DNA from: Chloroflexota bacterium
GTDB lineage: Bacteria; Chloroflexota; UBA11872; VXOZ01
NCBI GenBank assembly: GCA_964291655.2
Contig: OZ219802.1
Coordinates: forward strand, 2,176,001-2,240,000
DNA: 64,000 nt
Direction of reading: 5' to 3'
Part shown: positions 10,073-20,840 of the stretch, one piece after another
Layout: the number at the start of each line of letters is the position of its first letter
How positions within the stretch are numbered: position 1 is the first letter of the stretch
Translations under genes and position numbers: made by a program
Notes under the pieces: generated by a model
Told to the model about the DNA's origin: nothing
The model's input: the letters and a program-made list of their open reading frames with translations, nothing else
Database searches by the model: none

Positions 10073-11443
10073 CTACTCAGGAATGATGATCGCGTTCAGT
10101 AGATCGGTAGCAGCGCGGCCGTATTCCTCGGCGGTCATGTTGCCCGTGTTGAACTCTTCGTAGACTGGGCCGATGGCTGCGCGCCATTCGCCCCACGTGG
10201 TGTAGCGCAGCAAGCCCCAACCGGCCGGGCCGCTGTACGCCGACTGGTTGGCGTGGGCAACCGAATCGTAGCCCGTCTCTGCCTTCAGCCGCTCCGCGGG
10301 CACCGTGGAAACTGCCGCCACCGGGCTGATGGTGTGGTTTACGGCCAGCGTGTAGCCCACGCTGTTTTCGCCCGACATCATCCACTTCATCACGTTCCAG
10401 GCGTGGTCGACTTTTTCACCGACGCCCATCAGGATGGCCGGATACCAGGCGCGGCCGGACTTGTTCGGCGCTTCGCCCGTGTAGGGCAGAGCCGCGCCGA
10501 TCACCTCGAACTCGACCGCTGGCTTGTAGCCATTGGTGATATGGAAACCGACCTTGCCGGTCTGCCAGATATGCTGCTCGCCGCTGAGTTCGGCGGACTG
10601 GTCCGCGTTGGGCACAACATTATGCTTCTCGCGCAGGTCGTACCAGTACTGCAGCGCGTCGATGAAGACGGGGGTATCCATGTTCCCGCGCTTCTCTTCC
10701 TCGTTCCAGCAGAACTCGCCGAAATAGGTGCCGGTGGCGATGCCGGAAACGTTGAACGCGGAGACGCCGCCCGTGTGGCCGAATTGCTCGTCGCCTTGGG
10801 TCATTGCCTGGGCGTAGTCGAGAAACTTATCCATCGTCCAGGAAGCATCCGCCGGGTCGACGGAGGGGGCATCAAGACCGGCGGTGTCGAGCAACTGCTT
10901 ATTCATGAGCAAGGCATCGCAATTGCCGGACGCCGGCATACCCCACAGCACCCCTTTGTCGAGCCACTGCGTCAACGTGGCAGGCAGGAAGATCTCCGTG
11001 GCTACCAGCCCATCGCGCTTGAAGAACTCATCCAACTGCGAGAGCACTTCGGCTTCCGCCAGGTCGAGATACGAGCCCCAACTGCAACGCAAGAAGTCGA
11101 TGGGCACTCCAGCCGCCGCAGCCACCCTGAGCTTAGTCTCGGCCTCAGCTACGCTGGGCAGATTCTGCAGGTCGATTGTGACGTTGGGGGTCTCGGCCTC
11201 ATAGGTGTCAAAATACGCGCGCACCTTCTCCGTGGTTGAGGCTGAGTCGCGCGAGAGGTAGATGAGCTGCACCGGCTCCATTTCGGGAGCCATCTCGGCC
11301 TTGGCCTCTTCTGCTTTTTCAGCCGGCATCTCTTCCGCCGGCATGGCGCCGGTCTGGGCACCGCAGGCGGCCAGGAACGCCGCGCCGCCTACCACCGTGG
11401 CCGAGCCTAGAAAAGCTCGCCGTGAATAACGCTTAGCCAACAT
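10073..11443 (-). CDS. ABC extracellular solute-binding lipoprotein (family 1), Tat-exported, orphan
   Basis: SRRAFLG twin-arginine motif, LAAC lipobox, WGMP...LLMNKQL...WTMDKFL pattern. Confidence 0.88.
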   Translation of the reverse strand: MLAKRYSRRAFLGSATVVGGAAFLAACGAQTGAMPAEEMPAEKAEEAKAEMAPEMEPVQLIYLSRDSASTTEKVRAYFDTYEAETPNVTIDLQNLPSVAEAETKLRVAAAAGVPIDFLRCSWGSYLDLAEAEVLSQLDEFFKRDGLVATEIFLPATLTQWLDKGVLWGMPASGNCDALLMNKQLLDTAGLDAPSVDPADASWTMDKFLDYAQAMTQGDEQFGHTGGVSAFNVSGIATGTYFGEFCWNEEEKRGNMDTPVFIDALQYWYDLREKHNVVPNADQSAELSGEQHIWQTGKVGFHITNGYKPAVEFEVIGAALPYTGEAPNKSGRAWYPAILMGVGEKVDHAWNVMKWMMSGENSVGYTLAVNHTISPVAAVSTVPAERLKAETGYDSVAHANQSAYSGPAGWGLLRYTTWGEWRAAIGPVYEEFNTGNMTAEEYGRAATDLLNAIIIPE

Positions 11444-11676
11444 GAGAATCCGCTCCTCTCATAGATGTTGATCTTGAGTATGCGCCAACGAACCAGCCCG
11501 CGTGTCTTAAGTGCGCACACTCCACATACCTACACGGGATGTTGCCATTTAGGATGCAGTGAAATGCGGCGGGAGTCAAGTGAGCTAGGTGCGGGTTGCA
11601 GCCGCTTCCAGACACGGATGAACTCTAGGCAGCCGCTGCGACTGCTACAGGCCGGCAGGTTCGTTGAGGGAGCGTG

Positions 11677-12825
11677 CTAGCGCTGACCTAGCGGCACCCA
11701 GCGACGGTCGGTGGGACCCGTGTAGACCGAGGAAGGACGTATGAGGCGGTTGTGCGAAAGTTGCTCCAGGCAATGCGCGGACCACCCGCCTACGCGACCC
11801 ACCGCGAATGTAGGCGTGAAGAGCTCGGCGGACATGCCGACACCGTGCAGCACGAGCGCCGTGTAATACTCCAGATTTGTCTGCAGGTTGCGGCCCGGTT
11901 TGTACTCTTCAAGGAGGCGCAGGGCAGTTTCCTCAACCGCACGGGCCAGGTCGTAGAGCGTGCGGTCGCCGGCCTGTTCGTAAAGCCGTTCCGCCGCTTG
12001 CGAGAGTACGTCGGCCCGGGGATCGCGCACCTTGTAGACGCGGTGGCCGAAGCCCATCAAACGCTCGCCGCGTTCCAGGCGTTCGCGGATGTTCGCATCG
12101 GCGCGGTCCGCCGTGCCGATTTCAAAGACCATGTCGAGCGCCGGCCCGGGGGCGCCGCCGTGGGCAGGCCCTTTGAGAGCGCCGATGGAACCCGTAATGG
12201 CGGAGTAGAGGTCTGATTCCGTAGAGACGATGACGCGGCCCGTAAACGTAGAGGCGTTCATGCCGTGGTCCATGGCCGTAACGAGGTAGGTATCCACGGC
12301 GCGCACGAAATCGGCGTGCGGCTCGTCGCCCGTTAGCATGTACAGGTAATTGGCGGCGTGACCGAAATCATCCCGCGGCGCGACGACATCCTTGCCTTCT
12401 CTCACACGGACGTAATTGGCCACGATAACGGGAAACGCCGCGCAGATCTTTTCCGCACGGCGAAGCTGACCTTCCGGGCTCGTATCATCGGGGTTTGTAT
12501 CGCCAAGGGAAAGGGTGGCACAGGCCATACGCAGCGCGTCGATCACCGGAGCCTTCCTGGCAGCGGCGGCTTCGAGCACGTGCTGGGTAGTGGGCGGCAG
12601 GTGCTGACCGCCTTGGAACCGGGACTTTAGGGCCGCGAGTTCCTGAGTATCCGGAAGTCGGTTATGCCACAAGAGAAACGCGGCCTCTTCAAAGGTCGCG
12701 TTGGGAGCGAGCTCCATGAGCGGATGCCCGCCGATGAAAAGTTCACCGACGAGACCGTCAACATAGCTCAACCGGGTCTCTGCCGCAGCAACACCTTCCA
12801 GGCCGGGAATTACTTTTGTAGCCAT
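11677..12825 (-). CDS. Citrate synthase / 2-methylcitrate synthase
   Basis: DHGMNASTF, LKGPAHGGA and GFGHRVYKVRDPRA motifs. Confidence 0.95.
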   Translation of the reverse strand: MATKVIPGLEGVAAAETRLSYVDGLVGELFIGGHPLMELAPNATFEEAAFLLWHNRLPDTQELAALKSRFQGGQHLPPTTQHVLEAAAARKAPVIDALRMACATLSLGDTNPDDTSPEGQLRRAEKICAAFPVIVANYVRVREGKDVVAPRDDFGHAANYLYMLTGDEPHADFVRAVDTYLVTAMDHGMNASTFTGRVIVSTESDLYSAITGSIGALKGPAHGGAPGPALDMVFEIGTADRADANIRERLERGERLMGFGHRVYKVRDPRADVLSQAAERLYEQAGDRTLYDLARAVEETALRLLEEYKPGRNLQTNLEYYTALVLHGVGMSAELFTPTFAVGRVGGWSAHCLEQLSHNRLIRPSSVYTGPTDRRWVPLGQR

Positions 12826-13054
12826 GACGAGGCCGCTCTCCCTTCACTTTGATGGGTGACGTTACCGCCACCCGCAATTGCGCTCCAATTCCGGCAACCG
12901 GAAGCACTATCGCCAGCGAGTCTATGCACGCCCGCGCTCCGGCTGGAATGGAGGCCCCCCATTACTGGTCTTCGTAACCTTGCGGATAAGACGCGGACAT
13001 CCGGCTCGACGGACATCCTTCCTTAGTATAGCAAGGTGAGGGCGAAACTTCCGC

Positions 13055-15643
13055 CTACTGCGAACTCTCTGAATCGGGTTCGCTCTCTTGCGCAGTTTCG
13101 GTATTCTTGATCGCGAATGTTACCGTCTGCGATCGTATCTTGCCTGCAGAGTCCTGCGCAGTCAGACGTACCATATAGACACCGTCGGGGTTCTGGATTG
13201 TGTCCCACCCCGCCAGCACTTCATTGGCTTTCGGCTCCGTAGAGTACGTAATCCGCACCCACAGGTCCGGGTTTTCCTTTCCGGCATAGGATACTTCGTA
13301 AGACTGAAAGCCGGGGAAGAACGCATTGCCGCGAATCCGCAAGAGACTGCGCACAACGTCACCCTCACGCGGATAGAGGATGATCACGGGATCGTCTGGC
13401 GGTATAGAGTATTCCTCCGTAGGGGCAGTAGCCACTGCCTCCGCTCTTGCCCATGCGTTTGCCTCTTCCGGTACCACCATGAAGACTCTGACTTCCGTCT
13501 GTGATGCCGGTACATTGGGGCCGGCGCGCAAGCCGGATTCCTTGTGTATGCGGAAGGGAATGAAGATGTTGTCCACGAGGCGCGGCGTATTCTCATCGAG
13601 GAAGATCTCATCGTGGGTCTGGCCGCAGTAGGGCGTAGGGAGCAGACCGGTCTGGGTGCAAACTTCCACTTCCACCATGCCTCGGGGTTTGGTGAAGTCC
13701 ACCACACGTGTATCCGTAAGCGCGGCTTCCATGAATGCGTTCCAAATCGGCGTTGCTCCGCGCATCCCAGTGAGATTCCACGTTGGTGAACCGTCGGAGT
13801 TCCCCACCCATACACCGGTAACGAGCTGAGGGGTGTATCCAATCGTCCAGCCGTCGCGGTTGTCATCGGTGGTCCCCGTCTTAGCCGCGGCGGGACGGGA
13901 GAGCTCGAGCGGCGTATACGGCCCAAACTCGGCTGCACGGGTCTTGCTGTCGGAGAGGATACTGGTGATCTGGTAGGCAATGCGGGGATCGAATACTTCC
14001 TGCACCTCCGGCAACTCATAACGCTCCAACACATTGCCCTGGGTATCTTCCACGCGGAGAATCGCAGAAACCGGAATATAGCTGCCGCCGCGCGCCAGTA
14101 CCGAGTAGGCGTTTGTCAACTCCAGCAGCTTTACTTCACCCCCGCCGAGCACAATGCTGGGGCCGAAGCGGCTGCGGTTGTCGAAGGTGGTCATTCCCAA
14201 GCTTTGCATGGTATCGATGGCCGTTTCCAGACCGAGAAAGAGACCCATGCGCACTGCGGCAACATTGAAGGAGTTGGCAAGGGCGTGCCGCACAGTGACG
14301 GGGCCTTTGAACGTGCCGCTGAAGTTGCGGGGCGCATAGTTGGGTTCGTTGGGAATCTCCAGCGAAAGCGGAACGTCCCAGATCGTCGTGGCCGGCGTCC
14401 AGCCCTTCTCGAATGCGGCCGCGTAGAAGAGCGGCTTGAGGGCGGAGCCAGGCTGACGCGGCGCCAACGCGACGTTCACCTGACCGTCGATGTCTTCATC
14501 ATGAAAGTCCAGGCTACCGACCATGGTGAGTATCTCACCGCTCTTCGGTCTGATTGACACGACGGCGGCATTTGAGACGTTGAACCCTTCCAGTGACGCG
14601 ATGTGTTCTCGCGCGACTTCCTCGGCGATTTTTTGCAGATTGAGATCAAGCGTTGTGTATACGTGCAGCCCCCCCTGGCGCACGCGCTCAGCCCCGTAGT
14701 GTTCCGCCAGTTGATCGCGGACGAATTGCACAAAGTGCGGCGCCAGTACCGCGCCTTCCGCTGCTTCGCTCTCTGCGTCTTCTCCATCTTCGGCCGCTAC
14801 CGGGGCTTGCTGCAGTCGTTTGTACGCCAGTGGCTGCGCCAGCGCTTCCTCCATCTCAGCTTGTGTAATGTAACGGGCCACCACCATCTGTGCGAGCACA
14901 TATTGCTGCCGGGCTTTTGCTCGATCCGAATTGACGTAAGGGTTGTCGCTCGAGGGCGACTGGGTTAGCCCGGCAAGCACCGCTGCTTCGGCAAGCGAGA
15001 GGTCCATTGCCTTCTTGCCAAAGAACACGTTGGCCGCCGCCTCGATGCCATAGGCCTGGCTGCCGTAGTACACCTTGTTAAGGTAGAAGGTGAGGATGGA
15101 CTCTCTGCTGAATTGCTCGGTCAGGCGAGCGGCGAGATTGATCTCTCTCAGTTTGCGTTCATAGGTCTGCTCAGGCGTAAGACAGATATTCTTGACGAGT
15201 TGCTGCGTAATCGTGCTGGCGCCGGAAACGACTTCGCCGGCTTGCTGATTCTGGACGAAGGCACGGGTAATGGCCCGCATGTCGTAGCCGGGGTGCGAAT
15301 AGAAGAAGCGGTCTTCGGAAGCCACCGTCGCTTGCTTGACGACGAGCGGAATCTCATCGTTGGTAAGGACGATGCGCAGGCCTTCGTCGGGATCGGTTAT
15401 GGTTGCGAGCAAGACGCCATGACGGTCGTAGATGAAGGTAGCTGCCGGTAGTGCCTGAGTCCGGATGTTGTCGAGACACGCGGCATAGTCGGCGTCAGTT
15501 ACGAGGTCGTTTCCGGGAGCAATCTGCGCTCCGCAAGCGGTCAGAAGGACGCCTGCACATAGGACGAGAACCAATTGCGCTCTACGCCGCAGGCCTTGAC
15601 ATACGCAGCGTATTGAAGCGCCTTGTCGGATTATCCCCAGCAT
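13055..15643 (-). CDS. Class A penicillin-binding protein (transglycosylase + transpeptidase); true start uncertain
   Basis: EDRFFYSH, GASTITQQL, RKLRE; SALK (SxxK), SFN (SxN), KTGT. Confidence 0.95.
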   Translation of the reverse strand: MLGIIRQGASIRCVCQGLRRRAQLVLVLCAGVLLTACGAQIAPGNDLVTDADYAACLDNIRTQALPAATFIYDRHGVLLATITDPDEGLRIVLTNDEIPLVVKQATVASEDRFFYSHPGYDMRAITRAFVQNQQAGEVVSGASTITQQLVKNICLTPEQTYERKLREINLAARLTEQFSRESILTFYLNKVYYGSQAYGIEAAANVFFGKKAMDLSLAEAAVLAGLTQSPSSDNPYVNSDRAKARQQYVLAQMVVARYITQAEMEEALAQPLAYKRLQQAPVAAEDGEDAESEAAEGAVLAPHFVQFVRDQLAEHYGAERVRQGGLHVYTTLDLNLQKIAEEVAREHIASLEGFNVSNAAVVSIRPKSGEILTMVGSLDFHDEDIDGQVNVALAPRQPGSALKPLFYAAAFEKGWTPATTIWDVPLSLEIPNEPNYAPRNFSGTFKGPVTVRHALANSFNVAAVRMGLFLGLETAIDTMQSLGMTTFDNRSRFGPSIVLGGGEVKLLELTNAYSVLARGGSYIPVSAILRVEDTQGNVLERYELPEVQEVFDPRIAYQITSILSDSKTRAAEFGPYTPLELSRPAAAKTGTTDDNRDGWTIGYTPQLVTGVWVGNSDGSPTWNLTGMRGATPIWNAFMEAALTDTRVVDFTKPRGMVEVEVCTQTGLLPTPYCGQTHDEIFLDENTPRLVDNIFIPFRIHKESGLRAGPNVPASQTEVRVFMVVPEEANAWARAEAVATAPTEEYSIPPDDPVIILYPREGDVVRSLLRIRGNAFFPGFQSYEVSYAGKENPDLWVRITYSTEPKANEVLAGWDTIQNPDGVYMVRLTAQDSAGKIRSQTVTFAIKNTETAQESEPDSESSQ

Positions 15644-15958
15644 GTAACCGCATTCACCTAGAGGGAGGAGCGCGGCAGATCAATCCCTCCGCCGCGGCAC
15701 TACCCTCATTTGAGCTTCATTGTGTCAATCATACATTAGACACGTCGGAATGACTCAGCTTGCCGGCAGAGTACACAATTCTTTCCCCGAAAGTCCGGTG
15801 GAGCGCTAGCCAAATGTCCTGCACGTGTCGACCGCATGTGCGTGAACCACCCTATTGGATTGAGCTAAGAAGAGACGGAGCGGGTTGGATTTTGACTTGG
15901 GCCGTTTGAAGAAACGCGAGGCATCTCGCACACTTACACCTAAAGCGCTCCCAACTCT

Positions 15959-16095
15959 GTCATTCTGAGGAGCACAGCGACGAAGAATCTAGATTGCCGG
16001 GTTTTTTGGATTCCTCGCTGCGCTCGGAATGACAAGGCCTTGTAGCGCTCTCTACGGGAAAGGGAATTCTGTCAACGAATTACTCAACACTTACA
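15959..16095. repeat. GTCATT-type REP doublet followed by a solo TGTAAG-MITE end
   Basis: GTCATTCTGAG...GAATCT / GATTCCTCGCTGCGCTCGGAATGAC, then TACTCAACACTTACA|GGAATGAC. Confidence 0.65.
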
Positions 16096-16247
16096 GGAAT
16101 GACATGAAATGCAGTCCGTAAAGCTATCAAATCCATATCTACTAATTCAGATACCGAAAAGGGGGTGCAATATGTGTAAGAGAGTAGTATGGTGAAAATG
16201 AGCAGAGGCGATTCGGATAGCTACTGCCGGTAGAAGCGAATGGTGCG

Positions 16248-17180
16248 ATGGGACTGGGAAAAGTGGTCAAGCGCAAAGGCAGTGACAGCACGCGTCGGGA
16301 GGTACTGCGTCAATTCTTTGGAGCCGCCGCCGTGCCGTTGGTGGGGCTTCCCGCAGCGTCGTTTGCTTCTGAATTGAGCGATAGCGGCCCTGATTTGGGC
16401 TTGAACCGGGGGCAGCAGGTGGTGCCCGTTGAAAACCCTGTGGCTGCTCCAGCAGCCGAGCCGGTATACTGGCAGCCCCCTTACCGAAACGAACCGGCCA
16501 TACCGGAAAATTCAGTCGTCTTGCCGATCCTCATGTACCACCGGGCGACGGTGTCGCGTGTCTTTGAGGCACAACTGGTCGGCATGCTCGCTGCCGGGTA
16601 CCGGCCGCTCTCTCTTCACAGCGCGCTGAAGGGACTCATGGGCGAGGCAGAGCTTCCCGATATGCCGATCGTGCTCACGTTCGACGATGGCTGGAGAATC
16701 CAGTACGACGTGGTGTTTCCCGTGCTCAAACAGTACAAGGTTCCGGCAACCTTTTTCGTGATGCCGGGATTTCATGAGCGCCAAGATGGGTATATGGACT
16801 GGGATCAGCTCAACGACATTGCGGACTTTGGCATGGAAGTGGAATCGCACACCCTCAATCACGCTGACTTGCCCCGTCTTGCGGTGAAAGACTGGGGCGC
16901 GGTGCTGGCAGAAGTCGTGATCTCAAAGCAGCTCTTGGAGGAGCGGCTCGAACGGACCACGCGCTATTTCGACTATCCGCTTGGCTACCAAAACGAGCAG
17001 ATCCGGCAGGTTGTGGAGGCTGCCGGTTACGAGGCAGCCGTCATAATCGGACCCGGTGTGCATCAATCCGCCGAAGCGCTGTACACGCTGCGCCGCATCC
17101 GCGTAGAGGCCTGGGACCCGTGGTGGAGCGTAGCGCGCAAGCTCAACTGGTATGGCGCGGGAACGAGCAGCTCACCTTAG
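16248..17180 (+). CDS. Tat-exported polysaccharide deacetylase
   Basis: TRREVL twin-arginine motif; ILMYH, LTFDDG, ESHTLNH, FDYPLG. Confidence 0.92.
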   Translation: MGLGKVVKRKGSDSTRREVLRQFFGAAAVPLVGLPAASFASELSDSGPDLGLNRGQQVVPVENPVAAPAAEPVYWQPPYRNEPAIPENSVVLPILMYHRATVSRVFEAQLVGMLAAGYRPLSLHSALKGLMGEAELPDMPIVLTFDDGWRIQYDVVFPVLKQYKVPATFFVMPGFHERQDGYMDWDQLNDIADFGMEVESHTLNHADLPRLAVKDWGAVLAEVVISKQLLEERLERTTRYFDYPLGYQNEQIRQVVEAAGYEAAVIIGPGVHQSAEALYTLRRIRVEAWDPWWSVARKLNWYGAGTSSSP

Positions 17181-17439
17181 GAGACTGTTCGTCTATGCAG
17201 CCCGAGTTGCAGAGGTTTTTCCTTCTATTGAGGGAAGACTTTTGCGCAGCCCGCACGGACAGGCGTGAGGACCTCCCTCTCCCAACTGAGACCTGTGCGT
17301 AACCCCGGGCCGGAGGCAAAAGATCTGCACTATCTCCCTGGGAGACCCCCGTATCATGTCGATGCAGCGTATCGAGTACGGGTCAGGTTTGGCGTAAATT
17401 CGGCCGGAGGCACAAAATTTACACCCTCTCCCTGGGGGA

Positions 17440-18704
17440 TGTACAGACCGGGGACATAGGTAACAGATGTTCGGGTAGATAGGTTACACATTTTGTGCTC
17501 TGAGGTCTATGGTTTTTACTCTTTGGATCGAGAAGTACACGTCCCAGACACCGTCCGTTCGGGTGGGTCGCAGGGCGACTTGCTTGTGCGTGAAGGCCCT
17601 GCCCACACGGAGCCGTCTGCCTTGGAAGGAGATGCGGCCGGAGACATCGACGCTGCGTACGCGGTCGTCGGGAGCGTAGGCGAGGGCAGGCAAGGTCTCT
17701 GGGAAAGGGCGAGGACTAGGCGTGTATCTGGTAATGGGAGTGTCGAGATCGAGGGCATGGTGTGGGCGTTCCAAGTTGTAGAAGTGGCGCCAGGTGTCAA
17801 AGGCGCGCTGGCAATGGTCCAGGTCGGTAAAGGTGGTCCCTGCCAGCAGTTCGCTCTTGAGGGAGCGGTGGAAGCGTTCCAGCTTGCCGAGTGTCTGGGG
17901 ATGGTAGGGTCGGCTGTGCAGGACGTTGATGCCCAGCTGCATGAGCCAGACGGTGAGGGGCGTGAAGGGCTGGGCACTGTCGTTACCCCAGGGAGAGCCG
18001 TTGTCCATGAGCATGGCCTGGGGCAAGCCGTAGCGGCGAAAGACAGCGGTGAGGCGGTCTTGGACCGTCTCTCCCCGCTCGTTGGCACAGGCCTGTAACC
18101 CGAGGTTGAAGCGGGAGTGATCGTCTAGGAGGGTGAGAGGATGACAGCGGTTCTGCTGCATGACGAAATGTCCCTTGAAGTCCATCTGCCACAGCTCGTT
18201 GGGCTGGGGTCGTTCGAAGCGCACATGGGGCGTGTGCTTGGCGCTCTGGGCTGGATCGATGAGCCCATGGCGTTTGAGAATGGCATTGATGGTGCTCTTG
18301 GCCGGCACGTCGGTGACCCCCTGGTCCTGCAGCATCCGGCGCAGCACGTGTGCGCCTTTCTTCGGATGCGCCAGGCGCAAGGCGATGATGCGCTCCTCCA
18401 GCGCCGGGCGCGTGCGGTGCGGACACGTGTGCGGCCGCCGCGACCGGTCGTGCAAACCGTCTTCGCCAGCTTTCGCATACCGCTCCAGCGTCTTGTACGC
18501 CGTCTTGCGACTGATCTCCAGACGGCGACACAGCTCGCTGATGTTGGCCCCTTCCATCAGTGCCAGTGCAATGAACTCCTTGCGTTCAGACACAACCGTA
18601 CTCTCCTTCCAAGGCATGGCGCTCCTCCATCTGTAAGAATCTCCATGCCTTAAGGTGTAACCTATGTGCCCGAACATGTGTAACCCATGTACCCGGTCTA
18701 TACA
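17440..18704 (-). mobile_element. IS481-family insertion sequence, variant A (1265 bp)
   Basis: TGTA...TACA ends with internal repeats; 5-bp TSD GGGGA; inside CCCTCTCCC-TGG-GGGAGAGGG. Confidence 0.95.
17484..18617 (-). CDS. IS481 transposase
   Basis: MPWKE...HTH; WQMDFKG, DDHSRF, MDNG and GKLERFH (DDE core). Confidence 0.95.
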   Translation of the reverse strand: MPWKESTVVSERKEFIALALMEGANISELCRRLEISRKTAYKTLERYAKAGEDGLHDRSRRPHTCPHRTRPALEERIIALRLAHPKKGAHVLRRMLQDQGVTDVPAKSTINAILKRHGLIDPAQSAKHTPHVRFERPQPNELWQMDFKGHFVMQQNRCHPLTLLDDHSRFNLGLQACANERGETVQDRLTAVFRRYGLPQAMLMDNGSPWGNDSAQPFTPLTVWLMQLGINVLHSRPYHPQTLGKLERFHRSLKSELLAGTTFTDLDHCQRAFDTWRHFYNLERPHHALDLDTPITRYTPSPRPFPETLPALAYAPDDRVRSVDVSGRISFQGRRLRVGRAFTHKQVALRPTRTDGVWDVYFSIQRVKTIDLRAQNV

Positions 18705-18969
18705 GGGGAGAGGGCCGGGGTGAGGGGACTTCTGCTTACCCCATCCTCCTTATCAGCAAGACCGATACGCAAGAGGGCAATTGCGGGTAAAAAGCTCCCA
18801 GACTTCGGGATTCTCCCCCTCACCCTAACCCTCTCCCGCCGGGAGAGGGGACCTGTCCGACCCGGTAAGGGTTAAGCAATGGTCCCTAACGGGGATCATC
18901 GCAAGCATACGGTAGACCGCGCAGAGACTTCTAACTCTAGAGCACGACCAACTCGACGGTGGGTGCCGG

Positions 18970-20130
18970 TCAAAGGATCTGCCCGCGGCGTAGTATCGTG
19001 TCCGGACTCTCCGGGTCGCCGTGGACGGTCTCTCGCGCGGGAAAGTTGGCGAAGTGCGCGAGTTTCTTCCGATCGAGCGCGGCGCCCAGTCCCGGCTCCT
19101 CCGGCAAACGTAGGGTACCCGATTCAATTTGCAGCAAATCGGTGATCACGTCATCCTGCTGGATCGGATAGTGGGTATCGTTCGCCAGGGCAAAGCTGCG
19201 GTGGCTGGCGATGAGGTGCGCCCCCGCCAGCGTGCCAATTCCAAGTTCCGCCCAGGTGCCCAACACACAAGTGATGCCCGACTGGTACGCAATGTCTGCG
19301 ATCTGACGTGACTTGAGCAGTCCGCCGGATTCCGACACGTAGATGACGAACACGCCGCACGCCTGTTTCTGGGCGAGTTGCAGCGCGTCGAGGACGGTCT
19401 TACAGCTCTCGTCGGCGGCAACCGGCGTTTCCACAGCGCGAGCGACCTGCGCCATGCCGTCGAAGTCCCGGTCCGTAACCGGTTGCTCCACGTACTCCAG
19501 GCCGTATGGTTCCATGGCGTGGATGGCCTTGATGGCAGTAGGTACGCTCCAGCCTTGGTTGGCGTCGATGCGGATTCGCACGTCCGGCCCCACGGCTGCA
19601 CGGATTGCGGCGATGCTGGCCGCGTCCTGCTCGATGCTCCGGCCGACTTTGACCTTGAGGCTGCGGAAACCCCGGTCGACGTACGCCTTGGCTTTGGCGG
19701 CATTCCGTTCCGGCGTGTCGATAAAGAGGTAGCCCATGTACTCCACCGCGTCTCGGTAGCGGCCGCCGAGCAGGTCGCAGACGCTCGTGCCCCAATGCTT
19801 GGCCTTGATATCGAGGAGCGCCATTTCAAGGCCGGCTATGGCGTGATTGCCGGTGCGGAACCAGTGGATGACGTGCTCGTCCATCCGGTGGAGCAGGAAC
19901 TCGGTGCGCAGCGGGTCCTGGCCGATGAGCAGCGGCCTGAGCTCCGCGTCGACTGCGGTCTGTATGACGGGAATGTGCGGCCCGGAGCACTCGCCTAAGC
20001 CCACCATGCCCGCATCGGTCTCGATCTCGACAATGAGCGCCGGCGCGGTGCCCCGGGTGCCTCCCGACCACTTCACGGGCTCGCTGAGCGGCACCCGCAC
20101 GGCAGTGGACTTTACATCGGTGATTCTCAT
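18970..20130 (-). CDS. Mandelate racemase/muconate lactonising enzyme (enolase superfamily)
   Basis: KVKVG, IDANQG, VEQPV and ADES motifs. Confidence 0.92.
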   Translation of the reverse strand: MRITDVKSTAVRVPLSEPVKWSGGTRGTAPALIVEIETDAGMVGLGECSGPHIPVIQTAVDAELRPLLIGQDPLRTEFLLHRMDEHVIHWFRTGNHAIAGLEMALLDIKAKHWGTSVCDLLGGRYRDAVEYMGYLFIDTPERNAAKAKAYVDRGFRSLKVKVGRSIEQDAASIAAIRAAVGPDVRIRIDANQGWSVPTAIKAIHAMEPYGLEYVEQPVTDRDFDGMAQVARAVETPVAADESCKTVLDALQLAQKQACGVFVIYVSESGGLLKSRQIADIAYQSGITCVLGTWAELGIGTLAGAHLIASHRSFALANDTHYPIQQDDVITDLLQIESGTLRLPEEPGLGAALDRKKLAHFANFPARETVHGDPESPDTILRRGQIL

Positions 20131-20321
20131 GGAGTGTTCTTCTCTAACGCTGGGTTACGAGGCAACAATCTGTCACTTTCACAGTTCAAGTGAACAAGAC
20201 TTGCCCTTCGTCAAGCCTGTCTGGAGCCTGCCGAATGGCTCAGGCTAAGCTCCGTGACGAAGAATTTCGTTGGTGAAGGACTCTAGATTCAGCGAGCCCT
20301 GTTCGACGCTGCGCTCGGAAT

Positions 20322-20589
20322 TGTAAGTGTTGAGTAATACCTTGACAGATTTGAGAATAATAGCAACCTTCCGAAGTGCTAGACATGACTAGCACACATG
20401 TCATTCCGAACGAAGCGCAGCGAAGAGTCGCTCTTAGCGCGGAATCTAGTGTGCTGAAGCCGTAAAAGTGTGTTGAGCAGGGACCCTAGATTCCGCGAAC
20501 ATCGTTCGACGCTCCGCTCGGAATGACATGCACCGTCAACTCCTCAGACTGGAAAGCGGATTCTGTTAACGATCTACTCAACACTTACA
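20322..20589. mobile_element. TGTAAG-ended MITE (268 bp) with internal REP doublet
   Basis: IR TGTAAGTGTTGAGTA; near-TSD GGAAT/GGATT; inverted homolog at 25323-25576. Confidence 0.85.
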
Positions 20590-20840
20590 GGATTGACAGT
20601 GAAACTAGCCCAACGATGGAGTCAAGTCTCATGCTACTAATTCCGTATTAAGTTTCGCTTCTCTATGCTTCCGTCATATAATGGTATATACCCACGCTCA
20701 GCCTACCACGACTCCCTTCCGCTTGTAGTCCGCGAAGCGCAGCCATACACAGAAAGAAGCAACCGCTATGGCCACCTTTGACGTGTCCCCCGTAGCGCAG
20801 GTTTGCAGCCTGCGCCAACTTGTAGAAAGAAGCAATCCTC

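Larger units (their letters stand above)
17342..18886. mobile_element. Degenerate GAGACC-ended REP-doublet MITE hosting the IS481 (a second GAGACC end lies at 17288)
   Basis: Left IR GAGACC...TTGGCGTAA split by a 42-nt insert; right IR GTTAAGCAATGGTCCC; the 18705-18886 portion is homologous to the reverse complement of 39819-40025. Confidence 0.55.
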